The notes: generated from the sequence alone by a model not told the origin. 64,000 nucleotides of DNA from Octopus sinensis (GCF_006345805.1 NC_043002.1:94550001-94614000); one strand, 5' to 3'. Numbered from the stretch's first letter, positions 14,341 to 27,490 are shown. Translations and numbers: made by a program.

Positions 14341-14829
14341 GCCTGGTCTGGAAAGGAGGCATTTCCCTTGTCCTTCACCGGCCTTCGTAGAATGGTAAGG
14401 TTGATGTCATTAGAAGTTAAAGAAAACAAGTGAACAGATGAGTATTTGAAAGCAGAACTGTAGTGGATCAATCGATTTATCGAAACGGTTTTTACAGTCC
14501 TTTTAGTCCATCTACCCATTTGGGCAGTATGTATACACATTTAATGAGTCTTCCAAAACAGATTGTAGATCTGTAAACACAGGAATAGTTTGCGACCAAA
14601 GAGTAAACTTAACATGTTTACAACGATTAATTTGCATGTAAGGAACTGCCTATGAAGATATAGCCTCATCTATCATATCTAACACATTCTAATTTATATT
14701 CATTGAATATGAATTAGAATGTGGTAGATATAGTAGATATCACTCCTTCATAACAGTCACAGTTTTGAGATTACATCCTGTAATCGGGATCTTTCCGCAT
14801 CCACAGTATAGAACGACTCTAAATTGTTA

Positions 14830-15690
14830 TTGTGTTGAGTCATAAGTTTTGCAATATTTTGTTACAACAAAAGCAGCCGAACATTCAAAGTAGAGGCCAC
14901 CATGTTGCGCCGGTTGAAGCCAACTTTCTGCCAATACTTTGGTCCCATTCTGATACCAGTTTCGAGATGAAAAATTCATTCACTGAAGCACTCACCTCGT
15001 CTGGGTTTATGAAGCGTAGCGAATACAGGAAGTGAGCCATGGATCGGAACAAGTAATAATTCGAGGGAACTTGCCCTGGACTATATGCAAGGTGTGTCAT
15101 CAGTTCCATTACCTCAAGTTCCTGGAGTTTATTTCAGGTTGTTTGAGTGTTATGTTGTTTTACCTCAAAACGAACTTGGTTTCTGTTAACCAATGTCGGA
15201 TATTTTGCCACACAATGGCATACATCTGCTCTAACTATTTGAAGTAAAGGTTGGCATCGATGGTTCGATTATCGGGAACGATCTCGTAGTGAATTATCTC
15301 ATAATTCCACCAGACACAGAGCATTATCTTGTGTTCGAAACGCCCATATTTGGTGACAGATTCCTAAAGCTGGCCTTTGTTTAGCCACTACTAACGCACG
15401 TTAAGATTGCGGAAAAAGCACCCTTGGATTATTACTAGTTCCAACCCATGGCTCACTTCCTGCGCTCGCGACGCTTCATCAACCAAGAGGAGATGGGAGC
15501 TACAGTGAAAGAGTTCTTCGCCTCGGAGAACAAAAATTGTTAATTAAGTGAGATCAAAGAACTGGCAGAACGATGGCTTCAGACGGTATAACACAATGGC
15601 CTCTACTTTGAATACTGGGCTGCTTTTGTTGTAATTTGACAAATAAAACAATCAATAATCAAAATATTACAAAACTTTGATCCAACACAA
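14830..15690. mobile_element. Composite of two mariner 3' ends in inverted orientation
   Basis: Minus-strand fragment 14830-15410 (KIMLCVWWN, HLAYSP..PSNYYLFRSMAHFL) and plus-strand 3' end 15430-15690. Both outer ends are the same TIR, each followed by TA. Confidence 0.75.
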
Positions 15691-18600
15691 TATAATATAC
15701 TCATAAATTTACAAGCTTTCCCCCTTTTGCTCTTCGTTAAAACCGTCTCAAGAATCATTAATAAATTGTAACGAAATACAAAGACATAAAGTTCTTATAA
15801 AATTGCGAACTTTTCTGCCGTATTATTCTCACAATATTCATTTCTCTCCAAGCAACAAATATCCGGTTTCTAATGAAAAAAACCATAAAGCTTGAAAGCT
15901 GTTAATTTTTTTAGAACAAGCCAACATCTGTTTTAAATAAAACATGATTCATATTTTAGATGTAAATAAAATGGATACGATATGTTGATAACCACAAAGA
16001 CACGTTCAATTGGTTTACACTTATACACGAACTGATTTATGTTTATACATAACTGTCCCAAGGAATGACTATTTTGCATATCATCAAGTAATGTTAGGCA
16101 TAAAACTTCCTGAAGGAATGCATTTTCTACGCTTAAATAATACCTACTTCTATCAGATATAAAGCTCGCATACAGAATAAAAATTTCAAGGGAAAAGTCA
16201 ATTATTACTGAGAGAATGTTTTCTAAAGACTGATTCAGTATATAAAACTATGACATACAACATCTATTTTGTATGGTCATTAATCTGGATGTTATTTCTA
16301 GAGGATTACATAGTTTTATTTCCTATTTTCTTGGAACCAATGCAGACACTTAGCAGGGAGTCTTGAGAAAGTTCCCCTCCTTTTTTCAGACACTTGTTTA
16401 ACAGTTTATCTAAACTTTATTTTGGATTTAACGTAGTCTCGTTAAAACTATCATTTCTCAATCATATGGTGTTAGTTTTCTCCTCAGTAGATATTATTTG
16501 AAAACGCAACGTTTTAAAATTGTTTTGAAAGGCCATTATCGATCTAGCTTTCATGTATATGTCTGATCTACAAAATTTGCTATTTGCTTCATGACTCATT
16601 AATCTTTACTAAATAATCTTTCATTTGAATTTAACATGTTGAAAACATGTAATTGAATTTTTCTACTCTTCGTATAAATTTAAATAATATATTTGACTAT
16701 ACTTACAAATTGTTCGCTGATACTAAAAGCAAATAGAACTGTAATCTGTTTTTCTGTTTTACATATTTTTAAACAATAATTGAATGAGTTAATGTGAGAT
16801 TAGCTTTTAAGCTCATAGAAATAATTACCTTGTAGTTTTGCTTAAGCAACTATATTTCAACTGCCACAACGCTTTCTGAACACATCGGGAAATTCAAGTT
16901 GTATGATAAATACCCCAACTGAAATTATCATATACTTGATATTGCGAATTGCTGAGAAAAAGTAAATTAAAGTATTTCTGAAATATCGTAAATAATGGAT
17001 AAGGAACATCGTATTAGTTTTAAAATGTATTAAAATTGTTTCATTTCCCTAATTATACGATACATTTGAAGATACAAAATGAAAATACACGATAAATCTT
17101 CGTAAAAAAATACAGAAGAAAATTTTTTTTTGCACATAGAAAAATAAATGAAAATTTTATAAACTGCAGACTTTGCTAGATAACTTTTTGGAAGGGAATT
17201 GAAATTAAGGCTGATAAATATATTTTTAACAAACTAGTTGATTTATTGTGGCTATATATACAAAAATAAAGCATATATCTAATATATTATAACCGACTAC
17301 GATAAGCAAGTAATAAAAATAAGATGGATGATTATATTATAGCCATGTTGTGCTTATATTATGGATCATTACATTTGAAGAGGAAGCAATATTTGTTTAG
17401 TCATTGAAAATTTATAGTTTTCATTGAAGTTTAGCAAAAGATATATTTATGCACGAGTACCAATAATTTTCATTAAACATTTTAAATCTAAGGTATTTTG
17501 CTTCACAAAATAAACCAATATTTCTTATTTTTGAAGTGAAAATATCTTCTTGTGTATTTTTATTGGCTTTGTGTTGTGGTAGTGGCTGTGTCCGTATCCT
17601 TTGCATGCTTGATTTTGATGAATTGGCAATGCGCATGTCGCAGACTTGGTGTGGAGGATGTGAGTGGGCCCATGTACTTCATAGGCCTGCTGAGAAGGAA
17701 GAGAATGAGGCCACCACCTTTGCAGACCATTAGGGGTAGAAGGATTTGTCTTGCTACTCAACACAGAACCTATGGGGATATGGGGGGGGTAGAATATACG
17801 GGTGATAACAGGAAACGAGTGAGTCAAGTGAGAATGGAGGTGTTATAAGACTATCTACTTCTGAGGAGCAGAGGCCTGTATAGTATCTGTAGAAAAGACA
17901 ATGTGGAGACATGCGGTACGTAATAGGCTGGAACATGCTGGCGTGCAACTTCTTGCCAATCAGTTGAATAAGTTTAATTCTTTGAACGCAGAAAGTGGTT
18001 ACACCTGCTCAAAATTGTATTACCGTTAATTGTGGAAAGCGGTTTTACCCCATAGCTTTGAAAGCATCTTTCAGAAGGGGAGACACCCCTGAGATACTGT
18101 TTACAAAAGACAATTTTTCGAATTTTCTTAAATTTCTCACATATTTCATCAAATATCTCTTTACAGAGCAGGAATCAAATACTTTTAGTGGTGCGTATGT
18201 AAACCGTACCTCAAGGAGGTATTGAAAAAGTAATGCAGAAGCTGAGAATATCAATTGAATTTTTTTTTTTTTTTTTTTTTTGATAATTAACATCTTTACG
18301 GAAATGACAATGAAATTTAAGTATGCAGTCAAAGGGTTTAAAAAATGGCATTTTACAGTTGAATCAGTATGAAATAATCGACATTAAATGTTTGGTACCA
18401 TAAAAAGAACAAGGAGTGCTAGAAAGTGTAATAACCAGGCTAATAACCAGACAGTCTTTAATTATATTCGTCTGTAGTGTGATTAAACCTGATAATAGAA
18501 TTCAATGAAATAAGTACCAGTCTCACACTTTGGGTGTCGATTCGTTCAAATAGGGAACTTATGATTAATCTAGAAATCAATGTTTTACGGACATAGAAAG

Positions 18601-18886
18601 GTTGGGTCAGAGAGGCACGAGGACGGGAAATTAGAATTGGCAGGAGAATGGCAGTAGGTATCAAATTTACAATGTTCTCAGTTCAAATCTGCACTGCAAA
18701 ACTAAATATTTAAATTTATTACTTACATACCATCATTAAATGCTTCTTTTCTCTATTTAGTTAACCTCGTTTTAATTACTTGACAAAGTTTTATTAATAT
18801 TTTTTAGACATGACTAGAAAACGTTCAGAATTATTAATATTGTTATGAATGGTTCAATTTAAGGATAGTTGGTTGCGACCTACTTT

Positions 18887-19657
18887 TGTAACAAATCCAT
18901 TGTCCTGTCAGATTCAGGTGGATTGATTAGTTCTGGGGAGGCCTGCGACCCCTTACAGGTGAAAGAGAGTTCGTTGAAAAACACTCCTTAAAAAGGAGGA
19001 ACTGTGAGCTGTAAACACAGTCGGCCGGGAACTCTAGAAGAAACGGGACTGATACGAGAGACAGGGAATCTGAGGAGCTGACGGGCGAGAGAATGATAGA
19101 GAATGTGAAAGAGGAAGACAGGCAGAGAGTATTACAGAGCTAAGAGAGAGTGACTACGGTATGAGGGCACTTGGCTGTTGTTGACGGTATGTGTTTAATT
19201 ATGTTTTGATATGTGAAAAAAAGAAGGAAAAAGAATTAATGTGTTGAAAAAAAAAGAGAAAGAAGGAGAGAGGAAAAAGAAAGAACTGTTAAAGAGAAAG
19301 AAGGAGAAAGACTCTAATGTATTGAACTGTATCGTTAATGTGAACGTTATTTGTTTTAATTGGATTCGAACTATTGTCTCTGAACTGTATATTGCATCTG
19401 CATGCTGTTGATTCTGTTGCTTGTATTTACTTTGATGTACCTGATGTATCACATTGTATTTGTTGTAATATTTGTATAAACTGTTGTTAAATGTAGCTAA
19501 TTGCCTTCCGCCGTCTCTCCTTGTGTCTGTATCTCTTGCTGTTGTTGTTGTTGTCATATCTCCGGTCGCCGGTTGTCGTGTTCGCCACTGCCATCCCCAC
19601 CGAGTCCTCTCAGTGTGGCGAATTCTCCGTTCGACTGAGCGAGGGTGGTCCGTAACA
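18887..19657. mobile_element. Possible solo LTR
   Basis: 771 bp bounded by TGTAAC...GTAACA with a GC-richer interior; no matching TSD found. Confidence 0.35.
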
Positions 19658-20271
19658 ATATCTTCCATTGCTTTCTCATTCAAAAAGCACAGCAGTGAAC
19701 AAATTGTAAACAAGCATTATGAATTATCTATAGATTTTCCGTAAGGATAACGCAATGCCTAACTTGAGGGAAAATATGGACTCATTCCTGCTTTGATGAC
19801 TTAGAAGATAAACGGTAGCTTCCATGACCCTTTTGGTAATCTCCAATATAGGTAAAACAAGAGAGGTAACTCAGATTAGGAACCTGACCTGAATGATTGT
19901 AACAAGTTAGATTCCATAAAAGGTACTCAAGATAGTAGTAAACTGCGATAGATTAAGTCTTTCCACCACCACCACCACCACCACCACCACCACCACCACC
20001 ACCACCACCACCACCACCACCACCACCATACAGGAATGGTCGTTCCAACAGGATTCCGTACCTTTTTATTCCACAACTTCCACTCAGTTTTGGTTGAGCT
20101 GAAGCTATGATAAAAGCTACCTACGCAAGGTACAGCACAGTTAGATTGAACACGAAGCGACATAGTTCTAACTATAATCCCTAAGTTTAATCTTTCAAAA
20201 TTATCATAAAATCTTTGATAAGGTTAAATGCCTTGGAATACCTTTCTTCGTATATTTTTGTTAGGTTATTT

Positions 20272-20706
20272 GGATCTTTTCGATTTGAACGGCAGTTTTT
20301 TCTAGCGGTGTCATATGAAATTGTCACCCATAATTATGACCCTAGTATCGATCTATTGCATTTCAATCTGTTTTACGGTTAGGTTTAGGATTAGGGTTAG
20401 GGTTAGGGGTGGGGGGAAGGGTATTTTTTTTCTTCACAAATGTAAATAAACCCAATCTGTTTCTTAAACGATGGACATATTTATACGGCACAGAATGTTT
20501 TTTTACCTCAATAGACGTCAGTGATTGGTTGAAATTTCAGAAATTAAAGAAAAACAACAACAAATATTTTACAAACTATAGAATTTTCTCAATAAAGCCA
20601 AGACAAAAAGATGTTTTATAAACGCATTGTACCAGTATACGAAGTTTAAAATTTTTTAGTTACCTAGAAATTATGTTAAAAACTGCCGTTCAAACCGAAA
20701 AGATCC
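20272..20706. mobile_element. MITE with 28-bp GG-starting TIRs, 8-bp TSD and internal telomere-like repeats (Merlin- or hAT-like)
   Basis: TIR ggatcttttcgRtttgaacggcagtttt (1 mismatch); TSD ggttattt at 20264-20271 and 20707-20714; (TTAGGG)-like run at ~20378-20409. Confidence 0.88.
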
Positions 20707-21477
20707 GGTTATTTCACAAGAAAATTCGAATGAATAAATTGAAAATATAAATGTCCTGAGTAAATGGAAAATATAAATTTTCTGTCACAAAGATATCAAG
20801 ATATGCTCTGCATGCATCGTGTGGGTTTATCAAAGGAATGCTAAAGAAAAGGATTTATAAAAATGAAACTCGTATATCTCTTGGTGTTTATTTGTTGAAA
20901 TATTTTACTTATAAGAAAACTTAAAACATCGTTACAATGGATCTCAGCTGAATATATTCCACGTGGTATGGGGGTTATTCTAACTTATAGAATTTTGAAA
21001 CGGCAAGTATGATATGTTATGCAGTATAACAGTTTCACACCGATTAAAATTTTGTTTTGTTTTTTTTTAATTTTTTTTTTATATCGCTCAGTTTTCAGTG
21101 AATCCTATATTTTGATGGAATGTTGCAGTAATACTATTTGAAGACTAAATTTTCTGAGTAGAACTTGGTTTGATTATATCCCGATGTTATATATTTCTGA
21201 GAGCTTAAGATATTGCATGTCAATCAAGTGATAAGAATTTCAACGCGTTACATACATTTTGTGTAAATTCATAATGTGCAAACTTGGCAGCATTAAATCA
21301 GAATATCATAAACTTAGGTGCCATCAATTTGAAAAAACAAAATGCTGCTGTAGGCCTACCAACAGACTCATGGGTAAGGAAAATATTTGCATAGTATATT
21401 TACCACTTATCACTTATCACACTCAAGACGAAGCAATACTACGCTCTCTTTTCATGAAGTGTGTTAGATGTGGTGAG

Positions 21478-21620
21478 TACAAAGAGCTGTTGAAAAATTC
21501 CTGGCTTTGGGTAAAAGAAAATACTGGCGGATCAGTTAATTATGATTTTATTCAACATATTCCCCCCTCAGATTCCCACACTTATTGCAGTGGTCCCTCA
21601 AAGCCAGGAACTTTTCAGTA
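21478..21620. mobile_element. Short mariner-derived MITE
   Basis: Inverted ends tgaaaaattcctggctttg / caaagccaggaacttttcag. Confidence 0.55.
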
Positions 21621-21969
21621 TGGATCGACATTTATTAAAGCATTTAACATAAAAATATTTTTTTATTTCATTTTAAAAGATGGAAGGAGGTAGAAACATC
21701 AACTTTAATGAAAGGTTGGCATACATAGTGGAGTGTTTGTTGTTTGATAATTCTCTATATTTCACCAGGTAAAATATTAGTTTGAAATTTTGAAGGCCAG
21801 AAATCCCAGTAATCAAATGGTTTTTATTTTTATTGACCCCGAAATTATGAAAGGAAAAGATGACCTTCATAATTTTAGTAACTTCTATGCTGAACTAGAG
21901 ACAACATGTTCTTTATCTCCATAACTAATGTGTCCATCTGCTCTAATTTAATTAAATTCTATGTCTTTG

Positions 21970-22065
21970 TGCAGCTGAAGATTGCTCTACATTTAAAATT
22001 GATGTAATGATTGCGTTGTTCAAGTAAATGGAGTTAATGGAGTTGCATGAAACGAGCGTACTGCA
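21970..22065 (+). ncRNA. Type I hammerhead ribozyme with long stem II insert
   Basis: tgcag-CTGAAGA(21975-81)-ttgc..gcat-GAAA(22049-52)-C-GAGC-GTA-ctgca; stem I is 5 bp; predicted cleavage after A22060. Confidence 0.7.
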
Positions 22066-22227
22066 TTACCTCTGAGTATCCTTGCTGCTTATTTTGATTT
22101 TAATCAACTTACTTTGAAATTGTATGTATAATACCGTACTAAATTCTGGTGCCTCAACTTAAGTACCATATTCATCTGAATCTAAATTTTTACTATACAT
22201 ACATACATACATACATACATACATACA

Positions 22228-22258
<31 letters not shown>

Positions 22259-22388
22259 TGGCAGAATCGTTAGCACTCCGGGCAAAATGCATTGCAGTAT
22301 TTAGTCCGTCTTTACGTATACTGGCGGTGCCCCAACATGGCCAGAGATTTAAGGCTGAAACATGTAAAATAATTGAAGCATATATGTA

Positions 22389-22799
22389 TATGAAGAAAGG
22401 CTGAAGACGCTCGACCTTTATTCTCTAGAAAAACGACGACGCCGTGGTGATCTCATTCTTGCTCACAACATCATAAGCGGAAAGTGTAACCTCTCGAAAG
22501 AGCTGTTCTTCACTCCTGCTCCAGAGAGTCGGCTGCGGGGTCACTCCGAAAAGCTCTATCTGCGACGATTTCATCTCAATCGAAGGAGAGGGGCTTTCCC
22601 CGTCCGGGTTGCGGATCCGTCGAATAAGCTGCCGGACGAGATAGTGAAGATGCCGACGACCGCTCGGTTCAAAGTCTCTCTTGACCAGAAATGGCCTGAA
22701 CTCTTTGTATGACCACCCTCCCTGTCCCCCTACATGTCCCCCTACACGGCCTTGCTTTTTGCTTTTTGAGCCAACAAATTAACTTAACTTAACTTAACT

Positions 22800-22804
<5 letters not shown>
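22389..22804 (+). mobile_element. CR1-clade LINE 3' fragment with (AACTT)n tail
   Basis: Open frame YEERLKTLDLYSLEKRRRRGDLILAHNII..RGHSEKL..RRGAFPVRV..SNKLP..* (22389-22712), then 3' UTR and four AACTT repeats. Confidence 0.9.
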
Positions 22805-22830
<26 letters not shown>

Positions 22831-22945
22831 GCGTGTGTGTGTGTGTGTGTGTGTGTATGTATATGAATACATACATACACACACATACATACACACACAT
22901 CTAAATACATCAATAAATACATACAGCATGGAAAAAGAGACGGTC

Positions 22946-22995
<50 letters not shown>

Positions 22996-23594
22996 CGATG
23001 ACGACGATGATGATGATGATGACGATGATGATGACGATGACGATGATGACGATGGTGATGAAGACGACAATGACGATGATGTAAGAAAAGTATAGAAATG
23101 TTTTCTGAAACATAATTATATTCCGTTAATTCACAAAACATTATTTTGCTTTTTCACGCAAAGAATGTTTTAAGCAAACTTGAAAGTTTATTTCGGAAAA
23201 GAAAACATATTGCATAAATTCAATTAATTCATCTGATATATTCAGAAATTTAACAACATTTTTCTTTTTTCTTTTTTAATGATTTTTACTATCAGTGGAA
23301 TTTATTTGTTAGTGTGGTTTTATTTAATGAGCAAAATTGCTAATGGGGAAATTGCTAACAGACTGCGAGCCACAACGAAAATAACAGCATCAGATACTTC
23401 AAAAAGCACCTAATTCACTCTTAAAATCAACATCATTTAATGTGAAAAATATTATTTATTACTAGGAAATCAATAAAACAGTTACATCGCTTTAATTTTA
23501 TCAATAGCTTCAACTTTCATTTTGATATGAAAACTCCGAGTTACAGGACAAGACTGGTATCATAGTTTTAGTGTTTATCTTTATATATATATGT

Positions 23595-23644
<50 letters not shown>

Positions 23645-23698
23645 GCGTGTGTGTGCGGGTGTATGTGTGTATATGTGTGTGTATATGTATATATGTAC

Positions 23699-24100
23699 GG
23701 CTGTGTGGTAAGTAGCTTGTTTACCAACCACATGGTTCCGGGTTCAGTCCCACTGCGTGGTACCTTGGGCAAGTGTCTTCTACTGTAGCCTCGGGCCGAC
23801 CAAAGCCTTGTGAGTGGATTTTGTAGACGGAAACTGAAAGAAGCCCGTCGTATATATGTATATATATATGTGTGTGTGTGTGTTTGTGTGTCTGTGTTTG
23901 TCCCCCTAGCATTGCTTGACAACCGATGCTGGTGTGTTTATGTCCCCGTTACTTTGCGGTTCGGCAAAAGAGACCGATAGAATAAGTACTAGGCTTACAA
24001 AAGAATAAGTCCCGGGGTCGAGTTGCTCGATTAAAGGCGGTGCTCCAGCATGGCCGCAGTCAAATGACTGAAACAAGTAAAAGAGTAAAGAGTAAAAGAG
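23699..24100 (+). mobile_element. tRNA/CORE-type SINE with internal (TA)(TG) linker
   Basis: Head ggctgtgtggtaag..gggttcagtcccactgcgtgg, core accttgggcaagtg, tail gaaacaagtaaaagag; a near-identical copy lies at 33333-33733. Confidence 0.85.
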
Positions 24101-24136
24101 TATATATATATCTCGTGCTGAGATGCAGCACGAAGC

Positions 24137-24187
24137 TTTGTAAGTAAAAAGGTCGCGGTCTCAAAGCGACGAAAATATTTTGGCAAA
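24137..24187 (+). ncRNA. Hammerhead-like scaffold with non-canonical 5' core
   Basis: tttgtaa-GTAAAAAG-GTCGC(ggtctcaaa)GCGAC-GAAA-ATAT-TT-tggcaaa: stems I (6/7), II and III and GAAA are present, but CUGANGA is replaced. Confidence 0.5.
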
Positions 24188-24319
24188 TTAAATTTAAATG
24201 TTGAAGTGAATCTAACGGTTTTTTGTGTGTTTCTTAAATGGATTATAAACACCTTCCACGCTGCAATTGTTTTCGTTCCAGCACACGATCTCAGATCAAG
24301 TCACTCGCTATGCAAGTAC

Positions 24320-24336
24320 ATCTCCGTAATATATAT

Positions 24337-24402
<66 letters not shown>

Positions 24403-24636
24403 TAATAAATAATGCGTGTGTGTGCATGTGTTTGCATTTTTGTTTGTCCACAACCTACCGCTTGGCAACCAGTGTTGCTTTGTTTACGTCCACGTGACTT
24501 AGTGATTCGGCAATAAAGCTCGATATAATAAGTATCAGACTTACAAATTAAGTTTGGAATAATATTCCCTCATATTATTATTATTGTTATTATTATATAT
24601 ATGTATGTATATATATATGTGTGGTGTGTGTGTATG

Positions 24637-24692
<56 letters not shown>

Positions 24693-24720
24693 ATAGTATA
24701 TATATATGTATATATATATG

Positions 24721-24759
<39 letters not shown>

Positions 24760-24840
24760 GTATATATATGTATATATATATATGTATATATATGTATGTA
24801 TATATATGTATATATATATATGTATATGTATATATATATA

Positions 24841-24906
<66 letters not shown>

Positions 24907-24925
24907 GTATATATATATATAAATG

Positions 24926-24971
<46 letters not shown>

Positions 24972-24985
24972 TGTATATATATATA
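24320..24985. repeat. Long (TA)n/(TATG)n microsatellite region
   Basis: Direct reading. Confidence 0.9.
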
Positions 24986-25927
24986 ACTAGGCTAGTGACA
25001 TGTGTATGTATTGAATAGTGTTAAAAATGATTCTACAAAAATCCTTAATATTGCCATGCTTCAAAATAAATTAATTCAGCAGTATCTACTGTTTGTATAA
25101 GCTCAGGAAGTTCACCTTCCTATTGCTTCAAGGTAAAATGCTGTAGTGAATTTTAGGTATGTTTTTTATTAATAATTACAACTCAAATAAATTTGGTAAT
25201 GAAAAGAAAGTTTTAGTATTTAAAATGTTTCTGAAATCTATCCTATAGTCATAATTTTCAAACTGTCAGTTTTAGTTAATAACATCAATTTCCTCAAACT
25301 AGATAGGAGAACCGGTATTTCTAAGTCAACCTTGGCAGTATTAAATTCAGAATTATAGGAGGAGGAAACTAAATAGCATGAAACATGTCGTTGTAATTTC
25401 TACAGTATAAACTGTAATTTGTGCAATCAATGCTTATAAACTTGTCTTCCAGAATTGGCATTCGTCTCACTGTTACCTTTGAATCAAATGCATGTGTGAA
25501 AAACACACACTATAAAGATAAGTTATTGACCATCATGTCTAATGTGTCTAATATATTTCCCTTCCCAAAATGGTTTTTCTTTTGAGCTTGGAAATATTAA
25601 TGAACATGGTGAGATGGCAGAACTAGATGATATGTTTTATGCTATTTAGTTTCCTCCTATTATAACTATAGGATAGATTTCAGAAACATTTTAAATACTA
25701 AAACTTTCTTTTCATTACCAAATTTATTTGAGTTGTAATTATTAATAAAAACATACCTAAAATTCACTACAGCATTTTACCTTGAAGCAATAGGAAGGCG
25801 AACTTCCTGAGCTTATACAAACAGTAGATACTGCTGAATTAATTTATTTTGAAGTATGGCAATATTAAGGATTTTTGTAGAATCATTTTTAACACTATTC
25901 AATACATACACATGTCACTAGCCTAGT
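24986..25927. mobile_element. Foldback MITE with ~270-bp TIRs and TA TSD
   Basis: 24986-25255 is the near-perfect reverse complement of 25659-25927; ends are TA|ACTAGGCTAGTGAC...GTCACTAGCCTAGT|TA. Confidence 0.92.
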
Positions 25928-26148
25928 TATATATATTTTCTTACTGCTCTTAATTTTCAATTACTTTTATTTTATAATTTCTAAGTGTTACCATACTTTG
26001 AATTGATCTCTACTGTTAGTTACATCTCTTTATGGTCTTAGTTCAAATGACATTTGTATCATTTATATACTGAAGTTGATTAGGTTGGCTGTACCCCTTC
26101 CTTCATGTTATGGTCATGTACTAATGGTAGAAATCATTATTATTAGTG

Positions 26149-26185
<37 letters not shown>

Positions 26186-26186
<1 letters not shown>

Positions 26187-26368
26187 GTTATATAATTAGG
26201 GCTCAGTAAACTAATTTACTTTACCACATACTATCTGGGATAGTAAACACTATCTGGGAAACTTTTCTTATAGTAGTAGAAATGGCTAAAAAACTTTTTG
26301 GCTGCTATTTCTAAAAGTTTCAGTATGTGGTAAAGTAAATTATTTTACTAAGCCCTAATTATATAACG
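26186..26368. mobile_element. 183-bp MITE with ~45-bp TIRs and TA TSD
   Basis: TA|CGTTATATAATTAGGGCT...AGCCCTAATTATATAACG|TA, at the end of a (TA)n tract. Confidence 0.85.
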
Positions 26369-26467
26369 TAATATTTTGAATATACCTTGAATGGTCCTTT
26401 TACATACTGCACACAACTTGGTGAAATTAATTAATAATTAATTGATTTTACCCTTTTATTATTGATA

Positions 26468-26549
<82 letters not shown>

Positions 26550-27239
26550 CATCAATGTAATGCAGCCTTGCTGAGGACAAATCGATGTAGTACTTATTCT
26601 TTTGGTCTTTTTTTCCCGAACCGCTTTATAACGGCGGCATTATAATCCATATTGTTTCACAAGTCTCCCATGATTTGTTTTCAAATATAAACTCCTATAT
26701 CTCATATTGATAAGTCACACAATAAACCATAGGAGGAATAGGGGTCACAACACAACATTTACTGCAAACAAAAAACTGCGGACAGTTTCGAAGAGATGAA
26801 TCAAAACATTAATTTTATTAAATTTTTGAAAAGTCGTTTATTTAAATATCTTAAGGAAAGCATTGCTGAATGATGATGCAATCTCCATAACCCTTTATTC
26901 ACTGAGAATCAAAATTGTTCATAATGTTAAATGGTTGAGGGCTGCTGGTCGGAAAAATGCTAGGTGGTTAATTTCCTCGATTTTTCTCATTAATGTTAAA
27001 CAGGTGTGGCTGAGTGGTAAGAAGCTTGCCCCCCAACCACATAGGTACGGGTTCAGTCCCGCTGCATGACATCTTGAACAAGTGCTTTTTACAATAGCAT
27101 CGGGCTGACTAAAGCTTTGTGAGTGAATTTCGTAGACAGAAACAGAAATAAGCCTATTGTATACGTATATATATATATATAATCAAAACAAACCTTTTCT
27201 GTTTTTTAATTGCTAGCGAGCCACTCATACTATAAAATA

Positions 27240-27490
27240 AATAAAATGCGCCCTTTTAAAGCCTAGCCAAGCTCATGGGCCCAGTTTCCCGGTTTCAATG
27301 GTGTATGTGTTCCCCAGCTGGATGGGACGCCAGTCCATTGCAGTGTTACTCATTTTTGCCAGTTGAGTGGACTGGAGCAACGTGAAATGAAGTGTTTTGC
27401 TCAAGAACACAACGCGTCGCCCGGTCCAGGAATCGAAACCACAATCTTACGATCATGATGCTGACATCCTAAACCCTAAGCCACGCGCCT

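Noticed and set aside
17850-17910. CTGAGGA...GAAA hammerhead candidate
   Set aside because: Stem II can form, but there is no stem III, NUH triplet or stem I pairing.
17525-17950. GC-richer segment with overlapping ORFs on both strands
   Set aside because: No recognisable motif in any frame; probably an unclassified repeat fragment.
18136-18225. Possible internal exon after tctctttacag (also ttttctctgttacag at ~45243)
   Set aside because: Good acceptors but only short frames with no homology; such motifs are common in AT-rich DNA.
20378-20409. TTAGGG run as a telomere or chromosome fusion scar
   Set aside because: It is short, degenerate and internal to a TSD-bounded MITE.
22400-22432. CTGAAGA...GAAA near 22401
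   Set aside because: It lies inside the CR1 coding frame (LKT..LEK) and has no stems.
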